Notes: generated by a model from the letters alone, not told the origin. Numbered from the stretch's first letter, positions 13,881-28,960 are shown. The stretch is 64,000 bases of DNA from Tubiluchus corallicola (GCA_030141605.1 JAQGDQ010000136.1:457845-521844); one strand, 5' to 3'. Program-made: numbers and translations.

Positions 13881-16212
13881 GCCAGTCATTAGCTGTCTGA
13901 AACGCAGTTTTACAGTTTTAGAAAGTCACTTAACATTCAAAGTCTGAAAGTGCCATGCAATTTCTAATGGCATTACAAAAATATACTCCTTGTGAACATT
14001 ACATCAAAGGCAAATAAAACACCAAAATCTAAATACAAATATATTTTATTGAATTAAAAATACAAATACTTTTTATTAAATTAAATGTAATGAAAGAATA
14101 TTATAAATTATTTTACATACAAATCATAAAATACAACCTAATTTTCTTTACACACACTTGCACTTTTGCATACACATTACACCAATAGCAAAGACTGCAA
14201 AGGAGCATAAGTAAAAAAGCACATTTCACTACCCCGAAAGAAAACTAGTTTCACAAATTCAAGCAACTACACCCGATTTCGAAGAAACCAAACTATTCTT
14301 GCAAAGGTTTCAAGACTGCCTCAGAAATCCACTTAAAAGCTTCAGATTTCAGTTTCACAATTTAATTTAGTAAACGGCCAAACCAGCACTAGATTAAAAA
14401 ATTCAAGCAAAAAACAATCAGTTTTTTTTAATGTGCAGTAAACCACAATGGTGGTGGCTTGAAAAAATGAAACTAATTTTGGCTTAATCGAGCATATGTT
14501 TTTAAGCTTACTATACTACACAGTTCAAAGCATACTCTGTTATCACTAACCAGAAGGTTGGAAGAGCTAGTTACTCCCTATGAGCTATCTAAATGAATCA
14601 TTAAATCTAAATTAAGACTTACATAATTAGCAATAAAATACACAAGAACTCAGCAAATTGCAACTAGGAGGTCCATGTTTCAAATCCTGGTTGACAAAAA
14701 AATTTCAACACCTTTTTTCCTTACTATAACAACTTACTTTACATTTGAAATAGTTCACACTTTGACAGGTAACAGATTAATTAAGAGTCCAGTTGGTCCA
14801 GTTAAAAAGATTCGTATAGAAATGTAGATTAATTTTATAGATTAAATGTAGTCACAGTAATTATCAATAATCTAGTTTAAGCCTGTACTACTAAATAATT
14901 ACAGCGTACCTTATTCAATTATAAACAGTGACAAGAGCTACAGCAGGTAATGGCTTTAGTTTCAGATTGCTGAAGGATTCTGTGCATTTTCTTTTTCTAA
15001 GCAAGGGCCAAGTATGCAAGATGGTAATTATTACGATAAAGGAAGTACTGCATATTACATTACATATATGTAAATATAAAAGATAATCCATATAGGAAGC
15101 AATAAATTAAACCATGCAGTATGTAATAGTAGGCAAAATAGAAAATGAGTTATATTAACTCAACTTATCACAGCAGTTCACAGAGCAAGAATAAAAACAA
15201 TAATGATAAATACTACACCTGGACACAGTGTAAAGAGCAAAGGTCAACTCAGCAAAGTAGCACTACAACATGATGATACTAAAAAATAGTGACAACTAAG
15301 TTTCTACATCGTTCATTGGGTGTATTGGGGATGCAGAGATGAGACTATTGTCAAAAAGTTATTGCCAAGCTACATTCAACTAGCTGTTATTTTCTACTCA
15401 CCTATAATCCAATTAATTTACCGCCACCCAGAATTATCAAATTTATCATTTTGCAATAAAAAAATTAGCTAAGATTTTCTAGATATCATTACTTTTTTAT
15501 ATAGAATAGCATGCCGCAAATCATATCCAGTACTAATCTTCACAATGTATTTAATATGATGGTTGGAGGTTGAGTATGTGTCTCGAAGATAATCCTCTAA
15601 GATGCAATAATGAAATGATGCAGGATAGATCAGTTTACATGGATATTTTGTCACCATGACATCGAGAATGACATTCAAGCAGCCTACGTAATATTTCGGA
15701 ACTTAACCTGCTGTAAACCAGAATCTTTACCAGTTAATGGATGTTAATGACATGATTGCCTGGATTAATGATTTCTTGTTAACATTTCTCTATTGGGCTG
15801 AAAAAATTATACAACACTGTAAAACACACTTGCTTTGCCTCAGGAAGTTTGAATATTTCTACAATCTGTTCGCAAATGGTATAAACTGTTAACTGAATTC
15901 ATTATTGTTAACAGGCTTGTAAAAGAATTAAGCTAAGTAAAAACATTATTAATTATCAGTCTGTACGAGGAAGCCAATCAGCAGCAGCCAAAAGTCTTGG
16001 GTTCAATTCCGATCTAGAAACTTAGAAAACCAACCAAATTTTTTCTGTTTTTTTAATGATAGTAATTCTTGCAATTAGTAACGACATTAAAATAGGCATA
16101 CTACATAAGCATTTGTTTTGAGGAAGACTGTTTTGCATATGTCAGTAGCAGATAGCATCTCTTGAATGCGGTGCACAACATCTAAACTATAAATGCTAAT
16201 ACAACATTAACA

Positions 16213-19200
16213 TTATACAAGAGTCGTAGGCTCATTTATTGACACGTCCTGTGGTTTTGCGTACACTTGGCGTAATTCAGCTATTACTCCTTCTAAGTAT
16301 GGATTCCCGCCAAGACTTTGTATTTCTGCTAGAGCTCTATAAAAACAAACAAAGAACTTTAAGAGCATGTTCAGTTAAACACACCAGATCTGGTTTGGAA
16401 GTATTCTGATGACAGCCTCTTCTCACATATAACAATGAAAACTAATCTTTACAGTAAACAAAAGCTGCATATGTGTAGAATTCCTGAATACATTAAATTT
16501 CTAACATAACCATCTAAAAAAAAATGTGCCAAAAAGCAACAATAAGTATAACACGGTTATTATTAGTCAGCAAGAACTACAATTTTGAAGTTTTATACGA
16601 AAAAAAATACCTTTATTGACAATAAAACAGAATAGCAAAACTACCCATCTTAGACCTTTAACTTGCAGTTCTATGAAATATAGAAGCAACTGGGTTATTA
16701 TGTTGACACTTAGGTCAACCAATTTGCTGTTTATATTGAAATCACAAATAATAACAAAGCAGTTCACTTACTTATTTTCTAATTGCTCTAAAGTTGTCCT
16801 GGTGTATTCAAAAGCATTGAACTTTTCTAGTAGTTGCACACAGTATCGCTTCACTTCATTATCTTTGGTTCGCTGTCTGAGTACATCTGTTAAACTTGTT
16901 AAGGTTGCATTTAACAAACTTAATAAACATTTTAACACTGAGCTGGTTGACAAAGTCTGTGATATATATGTGCCAACAGTTGAGATACACTGGCTATCCA
17001 GAAAAGGTGATTAGAAAACAGGTAAGTATGCAACAGATAGTATGTAAAAAAATTGCCAACCTGATAAAATAATGAAGAATGATGAAACTAAGCCACATCA
17101 AATCCTACAAGTCCTGTTTATTCCGTTTCTCATACAAGCTTAACAGTATTCTGAAAAAACACTAGCTGACTGTTAAAATTGTATCGAGGGTTAACAATAC
17201 CCTTACAAGTCTGCTGGTTAAATCAGATATAGCTACTCCAACTTGTGAAAACCAGCCAGATTTCCTAGAAGTCTGTATTACTAGGAAACCAGAGACATGC
17301 AAGATTATTTTGATTTATCGCCTAGAATGCTTTTCATCTCAAAAAGTTATTATGGAAAAACAAGCAGAACCTTTATTAATAGATTTAAATAACATTAAAA
17401 GGCCCATGTTTAAAACGGATGTCAACTATGTCATTGTATGACATTTTTATAATGATCACACCCTGATAGTACATTATAAACTCTTCTTAGAAAAATTGTA
17501 CCAGTAACCATGCTAAATCCCTGCTAGAAGCTCCTACCACTATTAAATAAATTAGAAAGTGTAAAGACACAGTTGACAGAGACTAGATGGTCGTTGTGAG
17601 TTAATTTAGAAGTAATTTGAATTGAAATTAGGTCAACAATTTTAATTTAAGATTGTGCATATTATAATTTTGGCTTCACATTCTTGAATTGGATATAATG
17701 TCGAAATATTGATCAAATAAACAAAAAATACACCAGATCTTACTTCAACAAGCGCAGTTCACTTACTTATTTACATGGTATAACTATAAGCTACAATGAA
17801 TTGAAAACTAGCCTATACTGACAATCACCAATTGCGGGGTTGGTCTTACACCATGGGCACTATACCAGAAAAACACCAGAAGGTACTCAAGTTTATGTTG
17901 GTTCAGTGCAAATTTTAGTACAATGGTGCTAGTACTAGTATGCTATGCTTAATGTAGTGACATCTAATGACAAAAAGTGAAGCATTTAAAGCTGTTATCC
18001 CTTAAAGCTGACAATTTTGTACTAAGTTAAAATTTTTGCAAATCAAACAAAATTAAGAAACAAATTTGGTGCTTAAACTATAACTTACTCAATTTTTGAG
18101 CCCATGGGTAAAAATTTTGAACAATAAGAAATTAAGTAATAGAAATCATTTAACAAGAGATGGTTTAAAAATATGAAGATACACAAACCACAAGCACAAA
18201 TGATCAATCGTCAAAATTCCTCACAGCAGTGTTACTAATAAAGGATACTCATTATTTGTGTGTTGTCTTGTTTTGTGTTAATGGCATAAATGAGCGGGAA
18301 AGAAAACTTTCCTTCAGTTAAGTCTTCACAGTAGCTCTTGTTATCAGTGTACTAAAAAAATAAAAAATAAAGTATTGTCAATAATGACAATGCCATGGCA
18401 ACATTGGGTGGTCAATTTTTGAAAAAGTTTTTATATATGCTCCAATACAACCTCTGCTAGTTCAGTGAGTTTTTCCAAGAACCAAAGCAACATATGAATC
18501 ATCTGTTGATTCTAAAACATGGTTAATCCACATCATTCGTGCCACTCATTTCCAATATTTTTTCTGCAAAACTCAAACACTGCACGTAGCAAAAACATTT
18601 GATAAATGACTCAATATTTCTTTTATGCAATTTTTCTCATGCATTAGTATTGAAAATTGGCAAGTTATTTGAAATTTCGATCTGAAATCACTTCAAATAA
18701 AACATTGAAACAAACTTACCAAAAGACAAAAAAGTAGTTTTAATATTTTTGCTTATTTAAAGAAGTAACCATCAGAATAATGAAGTCTACAGACAAACAT
18801 TTACTACAAAAAAGACATATTTAGAGTGAATACTAACACTTGATCAAATTATAAATCATTATGACTTACTTCTTGTGAATATAGATTCGCATAATCATCC
18901 CTGATTTGAAAGTAGAGACCTAATGTATCCAAAAGTGGCTTAAAATCACTGAAAAGATAAATAAGAGATAGTACAGTTATCAGTGATTCAAAAGTCATCA
19001 GTCAACAGTGCTTTAAAATTACTGAAATGATCGCATATATGTGTAATCTATTAAATACAAATATTGAGAACCAATAGTGACAAACCTGAAAAATCTGTTA
19101 AGACATGAGGCTGGAATCAGAAGCACTACTAGTACTTAATGAGCTGCAACTTAGAATCAAGCTTACATAAATAACAAGGTGTGACTGTTTCAGCACATAC

Positions 19201-22200
19201 CCATGGAAGTAAATAAATGTGCAACAATTTTAAAACAAGGATATATTTCTACGTAAAAAATTTACAACATCCTCAATGAAGTTATTTTGCTGAATTTTTT
19301 TTCACAAACCAACCTTTTCTGGTCATTACTAAACAACTGCATGAGTCTAACTGCCAATCCAAACAGACCACCGGTCTTCCTAATAACCATCTCTCGGTAT
19401 TCTTGTTCTGATGGACAAACATATGCATCGCGCCAGTAAATATCCATTCCCTGACCCCGATGCAGCTCTAATAATTGTTCTGAAATGACAACCTATTACT
19501 TTGAGATAACCTCTCTAATAGTTCGTAGTGTAAATTATTTATGTACAATGCATTCTGCAGTTTTAAGATTAAAGTACATCACAGTGTATGTGGCAAAGGT
19601 AAGAGCTTGTTTACAAACTAGTTGCCTCACATTCCCAGAAATATGTAGTTTGTTAACTTTCAAGTATTTCAAGTCAAAAGTAAATGTGCAATGGAATAAA
19701 CTTTTTTCAAAATAGAGTCTTTTCTGATCATCCCAAGCCCAAAAGAATAAAATAAGACTACAAGCTCAAAAACTGTTTAATGCTGTCATTTTGAAATGAA
19801 ATATTCACTGAAGCAAATCACATAAACAGATTTATTTAAGATTCTGAAACTGTCTAAAATGTATATATATTTATATACTAACACGTAGTATGAATTTTCT
19901 TTAAAGTGTATTTAGATAGATACAGAGATAGACAAATAGATGTAGATAAAATTTCTTTACTTCCTATATTCTAATGCACACAATTATTATAACAACGGTA
20001 TCTATCAATATATATCCACAGTAATAATAGAATTCACATCTTGCAAAACATTTTCTAAGAGCACATTTGACTGAAACTAAAGATATTGCAAGAAACCAAT
20101 AATCCCACACTCAAAAACAACTTGTAACTGGAACTGAAAAATAATTGGTGAAAAATAGGTGGAGTTTTAGAAAAACTACTTGCAGAAAACAACTTTTAAC
20201 TAAAGCTGAACATGCTAGTTAAGCTGACTCAGATCAAGTAAGTTTTTATTTACCAACTACAGTATTTACCTCTTTCCTGAAATGGATTACTACAATCAGA
20301 AAAAAGTCTTTACCTGTAAAAATTTTAGTGCAGTCTGGATGGTCAAGCGACATCACTTTTTCCAGGCCAAGAAAATAAACGTAATTAGCTGAATTTATTG
20401 TACTAGGAACACCATAGATTTTATGTGCTACCGGAATGCCTCGTCGAAGTATGGAATTGTCCTCTATATCATCGATTCTATAAACAATAAGTTCTGATGA
20501 TTTCATTGCACTGTACAACATTACACATTAAAAGATTTACAAATAAAACACCGAAATAAAGTATTGATTACAAAGTCAACTTCTGTTGAATATTAAAAAT
20601 TAAATAAATGTGATAAGTTATTTCCAGAGCCTTCTTCTGAAATTTACCTGCCAATTATTTGTGTACTATGTTCTGGTCCTGTGCAGACTCTGCTTTCTTC
20701 GCTATGAGCCAAATAGTAGCTTATTAATTAATTAGTTCCTCTTTACTATGGACAAGTGGCTTTAACTGATTGTAAGCTGCCTATTATGAAAATTCAGACT
20801 CGCTTCAGCCAGGTGAGTTAATAGCTCAAATTGACCGACCATGTTAAATGACACCACAAAGTTCTGGGTTCGAATCACTGTTGACTTGCAGTTTTTCAAG
20901 CCTGCCTTTCTCCAGATTTAACTGCTGGTTATTATATGGTATATATTTCCCATTCATTACATGAAAGTCTATTTTTTTCAGTGTTTCAAGAAAACGACAT
21001 GCAGTGAATGAAATACAACAGCATAATTTGGTAGTCCAGTTTCATGATTCCTGTCAGAGAAAATCTAGACCTTGTCTAAGGTGCTTCAAAGGGGTCCAAC
21101 CTGTTGTCTTCACAACATTATTATTTCAGCATAACAAAGCATTTACATGGGATGTCTGACACATATAGTTCAAAACAATTATAGTCAATGGGTCTAGCCA
21201 GTTGATAATAACAAAAACACTAAGAAAGTTTGTAGTAAATATCAATAATTTTCTTCTACAAACCAAGGTTTTACATATAAATACTATTCTTCAGAGTTCT
21301 GAAATTGAAAATATGAAAGTACAATAAAGATAATGAAATTCTATTCTTCCGCATTTTAGATTTCAGAACCACGAAGAAAGATATTTATATTTGTCAGCAT
21401 TAAGTGGGATGTTTCTGCATTTCTGGTTATTGGTGGTTTCATCCAATAGCATTTACGTCACGTTATACTGACCGGTTTTGCACAGTTACTCGGTAAGACT
21501 TTGCACAAATTCTTTTAGTGGTGCCTTGTTTGTCTGTAACTAACACTATACATATGACAAACTACTATATCTGACTGTGAAGAAACCTTTGAAAATCTTA
21601 AAACTTGACATATGCAACAAAATTTTTACCAAGTTTAATTTAGTATAAACAAAATAAAAACTAGCCACTGTAATGGCTACTTACTGCAAAAAAAACATAA
21701 GGAATTAAACAGATGTTTATTAAACTTCTAAATCCAAATTTTGTAAAATTCCTCCTTCAACTTAAAAGGTCGAAGTCTTTGTTTTTTTGTCATTAGCCAG
21801 TCATAAGACATGCATATCATGAAACACAAAACCAGGTCTGCAACATATTTAACAGGATCAATGTCTCTAAAATCTTATTGCACAAGACAATACCATTTCA
21901 AGTGACTAGCAAGTAATTATCCTTCCAAAATAATTTAGGTTTTAGCAAATTAAAATTGAGAATTTGAATAAATACCTTCGAACTATAGACTTAAAGACCA
22001 ATTTGCTAAGTTTTTTTAAACAACGAACTAATGGTTCGACTGTGGTTTGTTCACTTACAACAGACTAGCATTGTGTAGCATCTGTGTTACTTCTGCAATA
22101 GTCTTGAGTTTTTCTTCTGGAATATGTAACCAATAGTTGAATGCCTAAAAATTACAAACAATAAAACTGCAACAATGCATTAAGAAGTCAGTAATGCTAG

Positions 22201-23081
22201 ACTAGAAGTGAGATCAGTCCTTTTGTCATACTTTCTCTAGCTCTCAACTTTTCACTGTAATAATTTTTCCTGATCTAACTATTGAACCTTTTAGTAACTT
22301 GATTGTTCTATGATGTACAAAAACAGATAAATAAATAAAAAGATTGAAAAAATTATTAGATAATTATGAGTCTGCAAATCTGGACACTTAAAATGCATGT
22401 TAAAAAACATGAAAATTCCATTATAGTTACTGACATATGATAGGCAGCCACTGCTATTGTTATATGAATGAAGCAAGTCGTAATTTTGTTAATGAAATAA
22501 TAACAGGAGTAATTATGAGACATTATCTTGAAAATGCCATTTATGGACTCTCATGTGAGACAAACATGGCTGCCTTCATAACATCATGTAAACTTCGTCT
22601 GCCTGCCTGCGTCATGTTCTCATTATCACACAGTTATCTAAGTTTACATGTAACATATAAGTATACTACTTTATAAATCAATATAGTAGAATTTATTAAT
22701 TTAAAATGTATTCTAATACATATTTTGTATCAAAAATTTTATATTATCTTCGAGATAAAAAATGTCTCACACATGCTTTTTGACATATTAATCAGCACTC
22801 CAATCCACATTCAAAATGTTATAGCACGTACATAACAGTAGCTCACAAACTTTGGTATAAAATTCTTGCACAAATTTTTGTGCACTAGCAACTTAGTTTT
22901 TACAAACACAAAAACAAAGCCATACTTGTGAAAGCTTTGTTCGAATGTTTTTTCCTGGTATCTGGAGAATGTAATTATACGGTTCCATTATAATCAGTTC
23001 AACAGAATCCGACTTGCGAGACAAAAATTGTGGCTTGGTATCAGCGGCACAAACGTCGGCATGCCTTTTATTAGTTGCCAT
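16213..23081 (-). CDS. GGPS1: Geranylgeranyl diphosphate synthase, type III (330 aa, 8 coding exons)
   Basis: Exons 22926-23081, 22059-22144, 20314-20477, 19314-19479, 18870-18948, 18249-18351, 16772-16886, 16213-16336 join in frame (993 nt) with GT-AG boundaries. Motifs PGKNIR, HNASLLIDDIED (FARM), [24 protein letters not shown] (SARM), [16 protein letters not shown]. Confidence 0.97.
16887..18248 (-). other. U12-type (minor spliceosome) GT-AG intron in GGPS1
   Basis: 5' splice site GTATCCTTTA; branch site CCTTAAC (16904-16898) ends 11 nt upstream of the exon; no polypyrimidine tract before the CAG acceptor. Confidence 0.9.
20810..20930 (+). mobile_element. tRNA-derived SINE remnant in a GGPS1 intron
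   Basis: A-box-like TAGCTCAAATTG and B-box GGTTCGAATC; no intact cloverleaf. Confidence 0.45.
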
Positions 23082-24239
23082 ATTATCCAATTAACAAAAA
23101 TTACATTTTAATAAAAACACAAAAATATAATACTATATTTCTGACAAAAATGTTGCAATTAAACTTTTATCCTTCAGTTTATTTCAATTTTTAGGAAATT
23201 TTACAAAAGAAGCCCAGTTGACTGAGTGAGTCACGGATACAATAATATGGGAAATCGTCGAGATTAAAAGAAGTAAAAGCGTTTTGTGTTACTACCACGA
23301 CCACGTCCTTATCTTTAAAATAAATAGTATTTTATTAGCTTGCTTAAAAATAATGTTAATAGTTTTGGCCTATAGTGCAATGGCCTCTACTGTGACAGAC
23401 TTACAACCACAGCACACACAAGACCCGCAATGAAAAACTCTAGAGTTTTTTTAATGAAACGAAAATTATGATTGCATACTTGTGCGCATGTAATCTTCAT
23501 TTACAGCAACAGGTTAAGTGAATTGTTTGCTCATGTATTTGGCACATGTGTTTTAATAGTATGCCAAAGTAAGTGTGAAATGTTCTGTAGTTTGTGTAGT
23601 TACGTGTATACGATATTGTCACTTCTTGTAAAATATTATTAGATAGGCAACTTTTTTATAAATCTAGACAACTTTCAATCATCTGCAGCTTCTTACATAA
23701 TATTAAATAAATTAGGACTAACAACTCTTAAGCATAACTTATTTATTAACAGCTAAGCAAACAGTTAATCTTTGGAACTCATTGTCAGTCAAAACTAAAA
23801 AAGCAGAAACATTAGCAAAATTTAAAAAAATAATTGGAAAACACAATAAAAAGACTAGAAAATCCAATGCATCAAAGTGATAACTGATAATATTAGCTGA
23901 AATCCAAACTTTATTTGCGCCCAAATAAATTAAGGAACAGTAGGTAACAGATTCAAATCAAAAGCGCTATGTTAGCTAGCATAAAACTGATTGTTAGAAA
24001 AGTGCACTATTTGCAAATTAACTAATTACAGTGTTCATCGTATTGAATAATTCTAGCATTGCCTAAAGTACCCAAAAGAGTAAATTAGTTTATTTGAGCA
24101 ATACAATAACAATACAAGTGAGACATCAAAAAAAGGATTGAATATGTACTGATATTTGTGGTTGTCAGTTACTCTTTAGCCATTTTTATCAGGCTTCAAT
24201 TTTTTACCATATAGACCTTGAAGCTACATTTTTTGCCTT

Positions 24240-24526
24240 TCGAAAGAGAGTTGGAATGAGAATGAAAGAAAAGGACTGACAGAGTGAGACAGAAATGACA
24301 GCGAGAGAGATCGAGACAGAGGGACAACTTTAATAAAGAGAAAGAGCGAGAGAGAAGAATGAGGAGAAAGAGAGACAGAGGTAGTTAGAGAAAGGAGTAA
24401 AGAGAGATAAAGAGAAGGGGAAAGCAGGCAGAGACGAAAAATGGAAAAGGGAAAAATAAAGAGAGAAAAGAGAGGGGGGAGGGACAGGAAGACAGACAAA
24501 TAGAAAGAGGGATAAGCCAGACAGAC

Positions 24527-24581
<55 letters not shown>

Positions 24582-24600
24582 TAACAGAGAAAGAAAACCT
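24240..24600. repeat. Compound/degenerate (GA)n microsatellite
   Basis: Purine-rich tract with a perfect (GA)n core at about 24536-24577; this produces the spurious SL-rich ORFs. Confidence 0.95.
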
Positions 24601-24899
24601 TGACACAAATAAGCATGCAAATGTAGCGAACGGCGATGTGAAAGTCAAGGCGACCAAAGCTCGCTGGGTTTGGTGACTATTTTTGAGGCCAGTACCTCAC
24701 TTTGTAGAGCAACTAGAAAGTCAAAACTTCGCGGAAGGATTACGGATAACGTGCCACTTTCCATGACGACGGTAAATATAGTGTTCTAAACGCTCTATCG
24801 TGAGAGTTGGGCAAAAAACAAAATAAACTAGTAACCCAATGCTCAGCAAATCCGCATACCAGACTAATTAATTAAACGCTTAGATTAGTTTTGCAGGGG

Positions 24900-25330
24900 A
24901 CAGAGTAGTGAGCTAATTGTCTGCCGCTCTTATAAACTCCCTTCAAGTTCTTCAAACATTTTCCAGATGATCTTTAAAATTATTGATAGAATCAGTTGTG
25001 GCTGCTTTGAGTGGTTACTCATTCCACAAATTTACCACTCGTTGAGAAAAGGAGAATTTCCTCACATTTAACGGGGATCTTTACTCATAAATCTTGCATG
25101 AACGCCTTAATTCTAGTGTCCGCCTTACTTATGGTAAAACAATCCTCATTGTTTAAACTTTCAATGCATTTAAAAATCTTAAAGACCTCCAATAAGTCCC
25201 TTCGATTATGTCTGGTTTCGAATGTTGTTAGATTCAAAGCTTTCAGTTTCTGTTCACATAACGTACCTTGCAAAACCGGTTATAATTAAACTTATAAAAC
25301 CTACGTAGCACACCTTCCAAAACATTTACA
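24900..25330 (-). mobile_element. CR1-group LINE 3' end fragment
   Basis: KLKALNLTTFETRHNRRDLLEVFKIFK and FSQRVVNLWN..SINNFKDHL match the CR1 ORF2 C-terminus. Confidence 0.85.
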
Positions 25331-25334
25331 TTCT

Positions 25335-26045
25335 TCTGCATGATGAATGATGAAGACGATTTGATGGTGACAAATTTGTATATAATAGTGATGATATGGT
25401 GATAGTGATGGCACGGTTGGCACCCTTAAAGTCTCGGATTTTTAATTGAGCCTTAGGATTGTCATTCCAAATGTTTTTGCTTGGGACCTAGTTTATAAAT
25501 GTGGACCAAGTACCACGATTCAGTAAAATTGTAGCATTGATGTGCTATGTTGTATTTGCTTTTGGCGATGTTGTTCATCATTTCTATAACTTATTCTCTC
25601 GTTTGTTGATTGCCGTTTTTATCACTGCTGTCAATTTCGATCAACAACAATGACAAAAACCACTGCAATAATGAAAGCACGATAATTGTGATAACTGATA
25701 ACAGTGTTGATAAGGATGAAGACTAGAACAACAGCAAAGATAATGATGACGATGACGAAGAGGAGGAAAGGAGACGAAGGTGAATTGAACGGATAATGTT
25801 GTTAACAGAAGCGGCCATGGTAGCTATCTTCACTGCTAATTTGGCGTTGTTGTTCTTTATTTGTTTTCTCACACGGTGACATATTTACTATGGAAAGTTT
25901 TGTTTTTGGCATCGAATGATGATCACGCTTTGATCACGCTGACTCTCATGTTGGTGACGATGATAAGAATGATGACAGCAATGATAATGACGTCGATGGT
26001 AAATAAGGGTGACAATTATGGGTGACGACAATGATGCTGTTGTGT
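25335..26045. repeat. Degenerate (GAT/AAC)n trinucleotide low-complexity region
   Basis: Repeated gatgat/gacgat/aacaac runs. Confidence 0.6.
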
Positions 26046-28289
26046 TAACTGTAGAGATCTTGACACTAATTCCATGGTCCTGTTGATGGAGTTTGTCCGA
26101 TACCTATTACTGATCGCGGTCGCTTTCGTAGTGCGGATTGGGGCTATTAATACTTGTGAAGTAAACATTTGAGCAATGGATATTTGGGCAGTGGAGAGTT
26201 TGTCACGAACTTTGACATCAGCGAACAGAACATTTGTGAATAGATCTGACTTTCTGTTCACCTACTGATTCGTCCTTCCATCTGTCCCGAAATTCTTTTC
26301 GTTCGCCTGTCTCAGTCTATCTGCGTGTCTGTACGCTAATGTCTCCATCTGTTTGACTATTTATCTGTCCATTAATGTCTCTCTGGCTGTCTTTTTACTG
26401 TTCCCCTATCCGCGGCTAATCTAGTTATATACCCAAGTGATAAACCCATCTTCACCCATCAAACTGTCTGTCTACAGTTTTCTAATTTTGTTTATTTGAC
26501 TGACGTTCATGTTACCTGTACAGTGTATGTATACCTATCAACCTATTAATTTTACACACCTACCCAACTACTTAAACGACTACCTATACCTGCCTACTTA
26601 CCCATTCGTCTTGGTGGTCACCAATCCATTTATTTTCCAGGCTCCGTACTGCTTAACTCGCCATGATTATTCAACGTACTTTTCTTATTGTATGTATAAC
26701 TTGCATGCACATACTTATATTATAAAGATCATACTATTCATTATAAATAGATCGAAGCATTTTATTTTTCATATCACTATTTGTATGTTTGTTTTAAATA
26801 GATCACTAACCATGATCATTAACAGTCAAGGAGAGGTTACTCATGGTTTCAGTTTGCACTTCTGTTGATGATTCAGGAGATGTGTGTTTTCAGGATCATT
26901 ATAAGAGGTACACGAATGATGCAAAGGAATGTGATGCATGTTGAAGCACCACTGTCTGTCAACATACTGGGTGTAATGTTACAACAGCATCCAACAGCTG
27001 CAAAACATTTACCAAACACTGTGCTCCCTACTTATCCTCGGAATTGTGCCGAGTTCCAGTGAAAGAGCTAAAGTTGTCGGAGTCTGCCTCGCCTGGATTT
27101 GGCTGTAGCTTATACATATTGTGATTTTTGTGAAACTTTTTACAAGTTCGGGGAGGTAATTTTTTATGTGCCAAAATTATTATGATTCACGAATTAAATA
27201 TTTGTCTTAATTAAACAACTGTGTGCTTGATTATTTGCCAAATTTGAATATTTTGAGTTGATTAATTATTATTAAACTAGATCGGTTTTAAATTGTAAAC
27301 ATGAATTTCCAAAGAGGGTCATAACACGCTGAGAAGTGATTAATAATAATAATTACTATTCAAATTAGTTATGACCATTATTATCTAGCGGTTATAATTT
27401 TTACTTGGGCTGCTAATTGTCAAGTCGTTAAAAACTGTTTATGTTATTGATGTTTCGTACGTATCTACTGCAGTAAACATCATGTTGGGCAAGTTAGTAA
27501 GTGTTAACTTGTTGATGGTAGGCGCTGATATAAAGCGCTTAAAATTGTTAAAACACCCGAAGAATTTAGGTTGAAGAGGAACAGATAACTTGCTTATAGC
27601 TCAAAGGTGTATACTTCAAAGAGCCACTTCAAGCACATAGACAAAGATTACTGACAGTTTAGGTAGAAATAATGAATCAGGATTGGTGAAAAAAAGTTCG
27701 GATACCCCAGTCCAATGCGTTTTTTCTAAAATGCTACTTTTGAAGTTGTGCTATTGCAAACAATAACTGTACTTTGTGGATAAAACGACTTTTTTTCATT
27801 ATTACACACATCTTGTAATATGTTATCAATGGCAAAATATTTAGGTGTGTAGTAGAAATATTACACTATGATGTTACCATTTAAGGTTTTAGTTGACACA
27901 ATTCGTCCATATCATCTTACGAACATAACGTGTTTTCATCAAAATATCGTATCAGTTAAAAAATAAATTTGCACAAACAACATATTTTATATGTCATACA
28001 ACCTAGCATAATTCGCCATATACAATTATAGTATTAGTTACGTTCTATATATATATTAATTATATAATTTTTAATTTGAATTAAATTTATTGAGTTAACA
28101 ATTAACATTCACAAATACATTCAATTACTATACAGTACATATTTACTAAATATGAATGACAAAATTACAATATGATAATTTAATGTATGGTATACCCAAA
28201 TGACACGATAACAATTAAATAGTAAAATAACATAACAGTAAGACAATATAGACGTATAGTCAATGTAATACTATTTTTAATATTATTTT

Positions 28290-28960
28290 ATTCCGTATGC
28301 TTAATTTAAAAAAATCTCTGACGAAGTTACAAGTTAAAACTGACGCTTCCATGTCATCATTTCCGAAGATCAATTTAATTTCTCATCATAGGTCATATTT
28401 GGAAAATTAGGAAATAGACTGTAAATTTGATCAATTAAATATTTACATTTGTTATCATACTTTTTACAAAATAATATCACTTGTTCCTCATTTTTAATAT
28501 CTAAATTATTACAATAAATACACAATCTCTGATGAACAGGTATTTCAATAGGCTTATGATATCGTCCAGAGAATTTGAGCTGATACGTAATTTAGTAAAT
28601 GCAATTTTTGCTTCTCTGGATACTGAATTACATAATAAATAATTTTCCATACAGTAATCATTCTTTAATTTACAATAGGTTATTAATTTATTATTTTACC
28701 AGTTTACATCCATAATGATTGAATTAACGTCTTCTTTCCATTTAACAACGTAAAATATTTTGTAAGTTATCTTTAAGTTTTTTCCTACAATTTAAAATTG
28801 TTTATAGCAATATACAGTCATCTTGTAACGAAATAAGTAAACCGAGTAGATTTGCATTCACCTTTACATCCTACTGCTATTGATTTTATTACGTCTTTTT
28901 AGTGGTATTACAATCCCAAGTATAAAACGTCTGCAATTTCTACACCACTTTATGAAATTT
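28290..28960 (-). mobile_element. RTEX-like LINE 3' fragment upstream of the SPARC start (probably in its first intron)
   Basis: Minus-strand pieces in order: NNKLITYCKLKNDYCMENYL, AFTKLRISSNSL..GRYHK, EIPVHQRLCIYCNNLDIKNEEQVILFCKKY (degenerate CCHC knuckle), PNFPNMTYDEKL. Confidence 0.7.

Noticed and set aside
24224-24657. Ser/Leu-rich hydrophobic ORFs
   Set aside because: Translation of the (GA)n tract.
24828-24860. Possible minus-strand Helitron 3' end (CTAG with nearby ATGC..GCAT)
   Set aside because: The hairpin is only about 4 bp and I found no matching 5' end.
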